DNA of 37,728 nt, filler included, from an uncultured Planctomycetaceae bacterium (GTDB lineage Bacteria; Planctomycetota; Planctomycetia; Planctomycetales; Planctomycetaceae), in the NCBI GenBank assembly GCA_963976765.1. It is 15 parts of 15 records of this genome, joined end to end, with 100 filler letters (N's around TTAATTAATTAA, not from the genome) between each part and the next. Parts side by side here need not be neighbours in the genome. Positions count along the whole stretch, not along the records: positions 1 to 5,440 come from CAXBME010000080.1; positions 5,541 to 9,782 come from CAXBME010000081.1; 13 more parts are not named here. One strand, given 5' to 3'. Positions 1-7,744 of the stretch are shown here, one piece after another. A program made the translations under genes and the position numbers. Each line of letters begins with the position of its first letter. Positions within the stretch are counted from its first letter, which is position 1. The notes below the pieces were generated by a model that was not told the origin of the DNA, searched no databases, and was given only the letters and a program-made list of their open reading frames with translations.

Positions 1-1080
1 GTCATCCAGCACGAGCTGCCGGATCGTGAGCAGATGCAGACGATTGCTGAGGAAATCGCGACAGAAGACGGAGAGTTGCCGGACAGCGACGGGCTGGACC
101 GCGTACTCGATTCGGCGGCGGGGCTAACCCGTTACGAAGCGGAAGGCGCGTTTTCACTTTCATTGGTGAGGCATGGACGAGTTGACCCCGAGGTCATCTG
201 GTCGCTCAAGGCACAGACGCTGCGGAAGAGTGGACTGCTCGGTCTCTATCGAGGCAGAGAGAGGTTCGACCAGATCGGTGGTCTCGATAATCTCAAAGCG
301 TTTTCGTTGCGAGCACTGCGCCGACGGAATATGGGGACTGATTGTCGCCCGAAAGGAGTGTTGCTGCTCTCACCGCCTGGATGCGGGAAGTCAGCCTTCG
401 CGAAGAGTCTCGGTAATGAGACCGGACGGCCGACATTGACTCTCGACTTTGGGGCGATGATGGGAAGTCTCGTCGGGCAGTCGGAAAGCAATATCCGGCA
501 GGCTTTGCGGGTTGCCGATGCGATGTCGCCGTGCGTTCTGTTCTGTGATGAGCTGGAGAAAGGACTGTCCGGCTCTGGCAACAGCAATGGTGATTCCGGA
601 GTCAGTTCGCGTGTCTTCGGCTCGTTTCTGACATGGCTCAATGATCGTTCGTCGGAAGTCTTTGTCGTCGCCACGTGTAACGACATCAGCCGCCTGCCGC
701 CGGAACTCGTAAGAGCGGAACGCTTTGACGGTGTATTCTTCGTGGACCTGCCTGACAAAGAACAGCGGAAGGCGATCTGGCAGATTCACCTGCAGGCGTT
801 CGGCCTCGATTCCAACCAGGAGCGACCGAAGGACGACTCGTGGACCGGTGCCGAGATTCGATCGTGCTGCCGGCTGGCGGCTCTGCTCGATGTGCCGCTT
901 GTTCAGGCGGCGATGAATGTGGTGCCGGTTGCGACCACAGCCAAAGACTCGGTCGAGAAACTGAGGCAATGGGCTCATGGACGATGCCTCTCGGCAGATA
1001 ACGCCGGTGTCTTTCACAGCACAACCGCAAAGCCAGCACCGCGCCGTCGGAGCGTGACCATTGATCCGACTGAGAACTGA
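1..1080 (+). CDS. AAA+ ATPase, Ycf46/CDC48-like (5' end outside window)
   Basis: Frame open from base 1; Walker A variant SPPGCGKS, Walker B VLFCDELEK, pore-loop region SLVGQSE, second region of homology ATCNDISRLPPELVRAERFD. Confidence 0.9.
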   Translation, partial: VIQHELPDREQMQTIAEEIATEDGELPDSDGLDRVLDSAAGLTRYEAEGAFSLSLVRHGRVDPEVIWSLKAQTLRKSGLLGLYRGRERFDQIGGLDNLKAFSLRALRRRNMGTDCRPKGVLLLSPPGCGKSAFAKSLGNETGRPTLTLDFGAMMGSLVGQSESNIRQALRVADAMSPCVLFCDELEKGLSGSGNSNGDSGVSSRVFGSFLTWLNDRSSEVFVVATCNDISRLPPELVRAERFDGVFFVDLPDKEQRKAIWQIHLQAFGLDSNQERPKDDSWTGAEIRSCCRLAALLDVPLVQAAMNVVPVATTAKDSVEKLRQWAHGRCLSADNAGVFHSTTAKPAPRRRSVTIDPTEN

Positions 1081-1137
1081 CAGGCCAGCAACTGACCTGC
1101 TGGCAGACATCAACATCCATTTTCAGGAGCAACGTTT

Positions 1138-2097
1138 ATGACAACAGCAGTGCGTGACTCAACCGGTCACGCGACACACGAAGATCAGTTGCGGAACAGC
1201 TCGGCAGCCGTTCGGCTCAGCTTTACGTGGATGGGAGTGAGACGTTCACTGACGTCTCATCAGCGATCCATCGCTGCCGACTCGTTCGGCGCTGAAGGCG
1301 ACTTTCTGTCCGCCGGCAAGAAGCTAATCGATACGAAACATCCGAAGTTCAAGGCCGTCACGGCGATTCGCGGGGAAGCGGTGTCGATGTGGAAATCACT
1401 CAGTCTGCCGTGGCCGGAACCAGGTATTCGGCTGATTCGTCGGGAACAGATTGCTGACTTCGACAACCGGGCATCGTCGCTCGCCGAGCGGCTCAACGAG
1501 GCCGTGTTGGAACTCGATGGGCACTACGAAGACTTGCGGAGTGCAGCCCGCGACCGGCTGGGGAGTCTGTTCAACGAATCCGACTATCCCGCGTCTTTGA
1601 GTGGGGCCTTCTCCATGTCCTGGGATTTTCCATCGGTCGATCCGCCGAGCTATCTGAGGCAGATCAATCCGGAACTGTACGAGCAGGAGTGTGATCGCGT
1701 CCGAACCCGTTTCGCGGAAGCAGTCCGACTGGCAGAGGAAGCCTTCACGGCGGAACTGTCGGAACTGATTTCGCATCTGTGCGAACGACTGAACGGCGAC
1801 CGTGACGGCAAGCCGAAAGTGTTCCGCGACACTTCAGTTTCAAACCTGACTGACTTCTTTGGTCGCTTTCGGTCACTCAATGTCGGCTCGAATGCGGAAC
1901 TGGATCGGCTGGTCGAACAGGCTCAGAGCGTCCTGCGTGGCGTTCGTCCTAAATCACTGCGGCAGAGTGATGGACTGCGTCAGCACGTAGCCACTCAGCT
2001 TTCGAGTGTGCAGTCCGTACTTGATGGAATGATGGTCGACCGGCCTCGCCGCAACATTATGCGAAGTCGCAATCCACAGTCGTCGGAGGCAGATTGA
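1138..2097 (+). CDS. Conserved hypothetical helical protein, possibly DUF3150-like
   Basis: 319 aa, CAGGAG RBS, directly after the AAA gene; DUF3150 resemblance is from recall only. Confidence 0.6.
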   Translation: MTTAVRDSTGHATHEDQLRNSSAAVRLSFTWMGVRRSLTSHQRSIAADSFGAEGDFLSAGKKLIDTKHPKFKAVTAIRGEAVSMWKSLSLPWPEPGIRLIRREQIADFDNRASSLAERLNEAVLELDGHYEDLRSAARDRLGSLFNESDYPASLSGAFSMSWDFPSVDPPSYLRQINPELYEQECDRVRTRFAEAVRLAEEAFTAELSELISHLCERLNGDRDGKPKVFRDTSVSNLTDFFGRFRSLNVGSNAELDRLVEQAQSVLRGVRPKSLRQSDGLRQHVATQLSSVQSVLDGMMVDRPRRNIMRSRNPQSSEAD

Positions 2098-2342
2098 TGA
2101 ATCTGCTGATTCAACCTGACGGCATTGTCCGCTGCGTTTACGACGAAACCGTCGATCTGGGTTCTCTCGGACCACTTACGATCCGCCGCGCTTCGCATGT
2201 CGAGCCAGATGCCGACGGACGCTGGCTGGCTGATCTCAGTCCGATTGGTGGTCCACGGCTCGGTCCGTTTGACTTGCGGAGTGCTGCGGTCGATGCCGAG
2301 CAGAAGTGGCTGGTCGCCAACTGGCTGACGTCAACGACGTAA
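2094..2342 (+). CDS. Small hypothetical protein (82 aa)
   Basis: Start overlaps the upstream stop (TTGATGATG); protein-like composition (RRASHVEPD, GPRLGPF). Confidence 0.7.
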   Translation: MMNLLIQPDGIVRCVYDETVDLGSLGPLTIRRASHVEPDADGRWLADLSPIGGPRLGPFDLRSAAVDAEQKWLVANWLTSTT

Positions 2343-2374
2343 CAACCTACGCGTTTCTTTTTCCGAATCCGAAG

Positions 2375-2427
2375 AGCCCCGACTGTGTGGTCTATTTGAT
2401 CACGCAGTCGGGGCTTTCTCTATTTCT
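2375..2427 (+). terminator. 18-bp hairpin plus T-rich tail; intrinsic terminator or attenuator
   Basis: AGCCCCGACTGTGTGGTC-TATTT-GATCACGCAGTCGGGGCT pairs fully with two G-U wobbles, followed by TTCTCTATTTCT. Confidence 0.6.
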
Positions 2428-2452
2428 CAAGATCAAAACAAGGAGACCGCTC

Positions 2453-2653
2453 ATGACGCAGAACGAATTGAATCGTGCCGTGGCGGCTGCCACTGGCGAA
2501 ACCTGCGCCGAAATTTCTTCGCGAGGTTTTGGCCTGTTGAATCTGCGACCGGCTTCTGACGAGCCAGCTACTCGACACCGAGGTCACCGTAGACGGGGCC
2601 GACGACGAGGAAGAAAACGACATCGAGAACCTGTTTATTCGGAGACTGAATGA
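2453..2653 (+). CDS. Small basic protein (66 aa), HU-like first helix and Arg-rich tail
   Basis: AGGAG at 2441-2445 before ATG 2453; MTQNELNRAVAAATGET...RHRGHRRRGRRRGRKRH. Confidence 0.65.
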   Translation: MTQNELNRAVAAATGETCAEISSRGFGLLNLRPASDEPATRHRGHRRRGRRRGRKRHREPVYSETE

Positions 2654-2850
2654 GCGCTCGACACAAACTGAATCAGGCCTGCGTGAATGGAGCACTCCTG
2701 CTGGCAGGCCTCGTCGGAGCCTGCGCCGAGTCATGGACAGTCTTCCTCACACTGCTGGTGATCCTCGTCGGCCTGTCGATCCACGCCGGCGATATCCGCA
2801 CGTCATCGACTCGTCGCCCTGAAAAACAGCGACGCCGCAGAGACAACTGA
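2650..2850 (+). CDS. Small membrane protein (66 aa)
   Basis: ATGA overlap with upstream gene; two hydrophobic segments and a basic tail. Confidence 0.65.
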   Translation: MSARHKLNQACVNGALLLAGLVGACAESWTVFLTLLVILVGLSIHAGDIRTSSTRRPEKQRRRRDN

Positions 2851-2895
2851 TGAATCATCCCTAATTCTGAACTTCAAACTGAAAGACATTTCGCA

Positions 2896-3141
2896 ATGCA
2901 AATTTTACTGATCAACAACGACGGAGCTGGCTTTGCTGACTACGTCGAAGCTGAAGAAGGCACGACTGTCCGTGAGTTTTTCGAAGGTCACATTTCGAAT
3001 CCCGATCCGTCGAGTTATCTGATTCGAGTCAACCGTCAGCCGGTGCCGCGCGACCAGGTGCTGGTTGAAGGAGATCGGGTGAGCATCACTCCGAGCAAGA
3101 TTGAGGGCGCGGGCGCTCTGCCCTGCGAGGTGAATCAATGA
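2896..3141 (+). CDS. Ubiquitin-like beta-grasp protein (MoaD/ThiS-like) with C-terminal extension
   Basis: 81 aa; pattern GTTVREFF...[29 protein letters not shown] typical of ThiS/MoaD/Ubl; adjacent to E2, JAB and E1 genes. Confidence 0.85.
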   Translation: MQILLINNDGAGFADYVEAEEGTTVREFFEGHISNPDPSSYLIRVNRQPVPRDQVLVEGDRVSITPSKIEGAGALPCEVNQ

Positions 3142-4424
3142 GTCGGCGAACCACTGCATTCCACCGAGCAGCCATCGCGATTCATGAAAAACTCTGCCGG
3201 GCTCGGCCAATTGACAAGCCGAGCCTCCCAAGAGACTCGTGGGCTGAATGTTTGCGGATACTCGCTCTGATTGAGAAAGCCGAACGTCGCGGTTTGACCG
3301 CCGCCACACGTCGCCTGCAATCGACTTTTGTGGCGGCAGTTCTGCGAGTGTCAAACGCTCTCAGAATCGCCGAACGAGCGATGGCTCGAACGCTTGTCGG
3401 AACGCAGCCAACAATCCGTGACATCCTCGGCGATCTGGAATCGCTCGGCGCGGAGTTTGACGAGGTCAGCGTGAACACGCAGAGGCATGTGATTTCGGTG
3501 ACGACTGATGAAGTGGTTCTCGAAGGAATCGACCTCGGTCGCTTCGAGATCGTGCTGGACTGGCAGCGTCTACGAGAAACCGGCGCCTACGAAGTCGTCG
3601 CGGTGGACGATCGGTCCGCCGCGACCGACTGCAACACGACTCACCCGCATGTTCAATCCAATTCATTGTGCGAAGGGGAAGGCAAGGCGCCAATTCGTGC
3701 GGCACTGGATGACGGGCGACTGTTCGATTTCTTCGTTCTCGTTCGGCAAATTCTGCGCACCTACAACCCGTCGAGTGCCTACGTGCAACTCGAAGACTGG
3801 ATCGGCATTCAATGCCCGGAGTGCGGATCGACGGCCAGCGACGATGAGAGCAACCTCTGCGAAGGCTGCTCGACGACGACGTGCTTCGAATGCTCGACGC
3901 ACTGCAACGACTGCGACTACCGCTACTGCTCTGACTGCACCCGAACCTGTGACGGGTGCGATTCTGACACCTGCTCGTCGTGCCGCTCGCAATGCAGCGA
4001 GTGTGGCGACGGTTTCTGCAAAGGATGTATCGATGATGAACGCTGCAATTTGTGCATCGAAAACTCGGAAGAGGAAAACGAGGAAGCAACAGAATCGGAA
4101 ACCGTCGCCGCGACGCGGACGGCGGGCCAGTCGAGCGACGATTCGCTTCACTCCTTATGCGTGGGCGAAGCTGCTTTATCTGAGAGACGCCGGCAACACG
4201 GAGATCGGCGGTTTTGCGGTCACGTCCGCCACCGATCCGTTGCTGGTCGAAGACGTCAGCCTGGTCAGACAGCGCTGCACGTCGGCCACCGTCGAGTTCG
4301 ACGACAACTCGGTCGCCGACTTCTTCGACGACCAGGTCGACGCGGGCCTGATACCCGAGCAGTTTGGCCGCATCTGGATTCACACTCACCCTGGCACAAG
4401 CGCCGACCCAAGTCCCACCGATGA
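3138..4424 (+). CDS. E2 (UBC-fold)-like protein with N-terminal helical region and a CxxC zinc-binding array
   Basis: [12 protein letters not shown] (3642-3671) matches E2 HP[NH]-x7-C spacing; ten CxxC pairs at 3813-4055; ATGA overlap with Ubl stop; C-terminal ~130 codons overlap the JAB gene. Confidence 0.7.
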   Translation: MSRRTTAFHRAAIAIHEKLCRARPIDKPSLPRDSWAECLRILALIEKAERRGLTAATRRLQSTFVAAVLRVSNALRIAERAMARTLVGTQPTIRDILGDLESLGAEFDEVSVNTQRHVISVTTDEVVLEGIDLGRFEIVLDWQRLRETGAYEVVAVDDRSAATDCNTTHPHVQSNSLCEGEGKAPIRAALDDGRLFDFFVLVRQILRTYNPSSAYVQLEDWIGIQCPECGSTASDDESNLCEGCSTTTCFECSTHCNDCDYRYCSDCTRTCDGCDSDTCSSCRSQCSECGDGFCKGCIDDERCNLCIENSEEENEEATESETVAATRTAGQSSDDSLHSLCVGEAALSERRRQHGDRRFCGHVRHRSVAGRRRQPGQTALHVGHRRVRRQLGRRLLRRPGRRGPDTRAVWPHLDSHSPWHKRRPKSHR

Positions 4425-4848
4425 GGGAACGTTCGACCGCTGCTTCGGCAACGTCGAATGGACCGTGATGTTCATCCTCGCCCGAGGCGGCGAAACGTAC
4501 GCTCGACTGCGATTCAACATCGGCCCGCGAGCGTCTCAGTTGATGAACGTCGAAGTTGACTACGCACAGCCGTTCGAAGCCTCCAACAGCTTCGAATGGA
4601 AACGCGAGTTCGACGCGAACGTGCAGGAAATCAAATGGCGTGAATCGTCGCGACTCGCTGACGCTGCATACGCCGATCTCGATTGTGATCACTTTCCAAA
4701 TGTCGAAGAACAACCGCTCGGTCACTTCGACGACGAACTGAAGCAGAACGACGAAGAAGACTGGTTTAACCGGCTTGATGCCGAACCACTTTTTCTTGAT
4801 TGGGAGGACGAAGAATGCAAGACGCTGCTGCCAGCAACCCCCGGCTGA
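4033..4848 (+). CDS. JAB/JAMM (MPN+) metallopeptidase
   Basis: EIGGF...[16 protein letters not shown] = E...HxH-x7-S-x2-D; start placed at ATG 4033 (AAGGA at 4021), uncertain; acidic tail. Confidence 0.85.
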   Translation: MMNAAICASKTRKRKTRKQQNRKPSPRRGRRASRATIRFTPYAWAKLLYLRDAGNTEIGGFAVTSATDPLLVEDVSLVRQRCTSATVEFDDNSVADFFDDQVDAGLIPEQFGRIWIHTHPGTSADPSPTDEGTFDRCFGNVEWTVMFILARGGETYARLRFNIGPRASQLMNVEVDYAQPFEASNSFEWKREFDANVQEIKWRESSRLADAAYADLDCDHFPNVEEQPLGHFDDELKQNDEEDWFNRLDAEPLFLDWEDEECKTLLPATPG

Positions 4849-5440
4849 TCCGACAGCAGGGACTCGTGCCGTCAGATCGACTGGTTGATCTGACGGCGAC
4901 GGTCATCGGAGTCGGAGCCATCGGTCGCCAAGTGGCTCTGCAACTGGCTGCCATCGGCGTTCGATCAATCCAGCTCATCGACTTTGATTCAGTGGACGAA
5001 ACCAACATCACCACTCAGGGCTACTCAGCCGGCGATGTTGGCAAACTCAAAGTCGATGCCACACGCTCCTCAATCCTCCAACTCGACTCCGACATCCACG
5101 TCGAAACCATCAACGACCGCTTCCGACCAAGGCACGTCGTCGGCGAAGCTATCTTCTGCTGCGTCGACTCGATCTCCGCCCGCACCGCCATCTGGCGATC
5201 AGTCAACACGGGCTGCCGATTCTGGGCCGACGGCCGAATGCTCGGCGAAACTATCCGGATTCTCTCCGTCGCCAACGACAACGGACGCAGCCACTACCCA
5301 ACAACACTCTTCCAACAGTCTGAAGCCCAACAAGGCCAATGCACATCCCGCAGTACCATCTACACAGCCAACATCTCGGCCGGCCTCATCACCCACCAAT
5401 TCACCCGCTGGCTCCGAAACCTGCCAACCGACCCCGACCT
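4815..5440 (+). CDS. ThiF/MoeB/E1-like adenylating enzyme (3' truncated by contig end)
   Basis: [43 protein letters not shown]; candidate catalytic Cys in QCTSRST (5340). Confidence 0.92.
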
Positions 5441-5540
5441 NNNNNNNNNNNNNNNNNNNNNNNNNNNNNNNNNNNNNNNNNNNNTTAATTAATTAANNNN
5501 NNNNNNNNNNNNNNNNNNNNNNNNNNNNNNNNNNNNNNNN
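5441..5540. other. Artificial contig spacer; identical spacers at 9783-9882, 13177-13276, 16258-16357, 18664-18763, 20945-21044, 23213-23312, 25345-25444, 27371-27470, 29362-29461, 31092-31191, 32813-32912, 34519-34618, 36124-36223
   Basis: 44 N + TTAATTAATTAA (stops in six frames) + 44 N, 14 times. Confidence 0.98.
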
Positions 5541-5609
5541 GCAGGATACGCCACCTTCCTCCAATCTCTCACGCCACGACTTCTGACAGTAACTCGCGTG
5601 AGAGGCCAA

Positions 5610-6098
5610 ATGACTGACGACGAATGCAACAAAGCATACCAACAACTGATCAAGTATCTTCGAAGCCAAAAAATGGCGTGGCTCGCCGATGCGATTGAGG
5701 AAGAAGTTCGTCTAGGAAGAGACGAAGAGATCAAAGTCAAAACCTACACTCAGCACGTGGACGAAAAGGGGCAAGTCTTTAGCCCAAGGCCATCAGGTGC
5801 TAAAGCGTCCTTCTTGAGGTCAGTGCAATATACGGGGCAAGAAAAACTCGTTTTGACGATTGACGCGATCGAAGAAACAGTCATCGCAACGGCTTACATG
5901 GAGCGAGACTTCTTCAAAGTGATATCCGACACTGTGACTGACGGCAGTCAGGGAGCACCCACGTCTGTAAGTTTCATCCCTAGCCAGCCTCAGGCTCAAT
6001 CACAGACACATGAATTCTCACAAGGAGGTGTTGCTCAACGTGTTGCCACTGCGGAACGGCTTCAAACCCTTCTAGATCAATTGCGAAAAGAGATTTAG
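5610..6098 (+). CDS. Hypothetical protein (162 aa)
   Basis: ATG 5610 with GAGG upstream; stop 1 nt before the next gene. Confidence 0.65.
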   Translation: MTDDECNKAYQQLIKYLRSQKMAWLADAIEEEVRLGRDEEIKVKTYTQHVDEKGQVFSPRPSGAKASFLRSVQYTGQEKLVLTIDAIEETVIATAYMERDFFKVISDTVTDGSQGAPTSVSFIPSQPQAQSQTHEFSQGGVAQRVATAERLQTLLDQLRKEI

Positions 6099-6099
6099 C

Positions 6100-6771
6100 A
6101 TGCCGATCAATCAAGACTTACTGAACGGCATCAATGCGGCTTTGGGGGCAGCAGTTACGCCAAGCCTCACGGCAGCGTCCAGCACGAATGACCTCTACGA
6201 AGCATATGTGTTTTCGGTCGTATTGGAGGTGGCGAAGAGTGAAGGAGGGACGGTCGCATTTTCAGACATGCACGGTAACACTCCCAGCATCCTGCTGTTT
6301 CGGACAGGCCCTAGTGTGCTTTACCACGCCACTCAGAACTACTGTCACGGGATCATACAGTTCGCAGCTAAGCCTACGCTGGAGTTGCATCAAGGAGTGT
6401 ACGCACGTGGGATTTCAAAGGTGCGACACGAACTAGACGTTTCAGTGATTTGGAAGGATGAAGCAGACACTTGCAGGGCCTCGCAGGTAGACCCGCGTTA
6501 CAACAAAGTTGTGTTGGCAGCGGAGTGCAAAATGTACCAGACTTCGTACCTGACGGTGAAGCTCGGGAGAGAGTTCATCGGTTATGCAACCGACCTGAGA
6601 GGCGTGACAACTTCCTTCGTCGCCAACAAGCAAGCGAATTCCCTAGAGAAGTTGTTAGTCCAACACAAGAAGAACCGAGCACTCAGCGTCATTCCTACAA
6701 ACTCTACAAGGGTGAATCAGTTGAAAGCGACTATTCAAACCGCGTTCCAGGATTTCAAGACAAAGAACTGA
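6100..6771 (+). CDS. Putative PD-(D/E)xK restriction-endonuclease-fold protein
   Basis: DLYEAYVF ... HELDVSV ... AAECKMY gives the E...D...ExK pattern; R-M context. Confidence 0.65.
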   Translation: MPINQDLLNGINAALGAAVTPSLTAASSTNDLYEAYVFSVVLEVAKSEGGTVAFSDMHGNTPSILLFRTGPSVLYHATQNYCHGIIQFAAKPTLELHQGVYARGISKVRHELDVSVIWKDEADTCRASQVDPRYNKVVLAAECKMYQTSYLTVKLGREFIGYATDLRGVTTSFVANKQANSLEKLLVQHKKNRALSVIPTNSTRVNQLKATIQTAFQDFKTKN

Positions 6772-6792
6772 TCGTCACCCGTAAAGGCTCCT

Positions 6793-7740
6793 ATGAATCG
6801 ACTTCTCTCTCACAACCTCTGGCCTACGGTTACCAAGTTGGCTAAGAAAGCCGTCAAACGGGCGGCCATTGCATATGTCAGTTCGGAGGAATATATCCAG
6901 TTCGGGGACGGAGACCTCTTGGTCTGTGATGCCAGCACCAACGCCATCAAAGCTGGACAGACCAGTGCCAAAGTGTTGAAGTCAGCATTTGATCGGGGGG
7001 CAACGGTCTACAGTCTTCCCGGACTTCACTCGAAGATCATTCTGCTAAATGAAAAAGCAGTCATTGGGTCAGCAAACGCCTCTCAGTCCTCGGCGACCGA
7101 CTTGGTGGAGGCAAGTCTCCTGACAGATCAACCGGCAATCGTAGCTCACGCTCAATCGTTCATTAACCAGCTTTCGAGTCAGGCCGACCTCTTAACCACT
7201 TCAAAGTTAGAAAAGCTTCTCGCAATCAAGGTTGAGCGGCAGAAACGTCAGTTCGGAAAGGCGACAACGCAGTTTCGGACCAACACTAAAGGCTACCGGA
7301 CATGGATCATTGCAACTATCGCGATGAGAAAAGATGGCCCGGAGGATCCAGACGTCATCGAATCGGCGGTGGAGAAGAGCAAGGAGAATCTCTCCAATCC
7401 CAGAAGTACAGTTGAAACTCTGCGTTGGACCGGAACCTCCCGTTTTAGAAACGAATGCAGAAAGGACGACTGGATTGTTCAAACATGGCGTCCAAACGGC
7501 ACCAAGCGTCCACAATGGGTTTATCCGCGAATGCCAGTACTGGATCGGCTAGAGTTCGAAACTGCAACCATCTTTTTATATGAGCAGTTTCCGAACTCGG
7601 ATAAACAGGCAGTGACGTGGAGCGACTTCAAGAATCTCGTCTCTAGAGCCGGAATCAAGCGTCAGGTCAAGCCGAATAGTCAGTTTGAGATCACAGAGAG
7701 CCAGGCAGATTCTCTTCACGCAATTTGGAAGAAGGCGTAG
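6793..7740 (+). CDS. Phospholipase D-family nuclease (NgoFVII/BfiI-like N-terminal domain) with unknown C-terminal domain
   Basis: RAAIAYVS and LHSKIILLNEKAVIGSANAS (single HxK...GSxN motif). Confidence 0.75.
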   Translation: MNRLLSHNLWPTVTKLAKKAVKRAAIAYVSSEEYIQFGDGDLLVCDASTNAIKAGQTSAKVLKSAFDRGATVYSLPGLHSKIILLNEKAVIGSANASQSSATDLVEASLLTDQPAIVAHAQSFINQLSSQADLLTTSKLEKLLAIKVERQKRQFGKATTQFRTNTKGYRTWIIATIAMRKDGPEDPDVIESAVEKSKENLSNPRSTVETLRWTGTSRFRNECRKDDWIVQTWRPNGTKRPQWVYPRMPVLDRLEFETATIFLYEQFPNSDKQAVTWSDFKNLVSRAGIKRQVKPNSQFEITESQADSLHAIWKKA

Positions 7741-7744
7741 CACA

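Noticed and set aside
3508..4032. N-terminal 175 aa of the 446-aa JAB ORF
   Set aside because: Ala/Thr/Arg-rich +1 reading of the E2/Cys-array codons; a start near 4033 is more plausible
3466..4725. 419-aa minus-strand ORF and similar long antisense ORFs (8351-9313, 29707-30948, 391-1116)
   Set aside because: Shadow frames of motif-bearing genes in GC-rich DNA
2896..5440. Ordinary ThiS/ThiF or MoaD/MoeB sulfur relay
   Set aside because: No thiG, moaE or cysteine synthase in the contig; E2-like gene present; Ubl lacks terminal GG. Downstream genes are unseen, so this is not fully excluded
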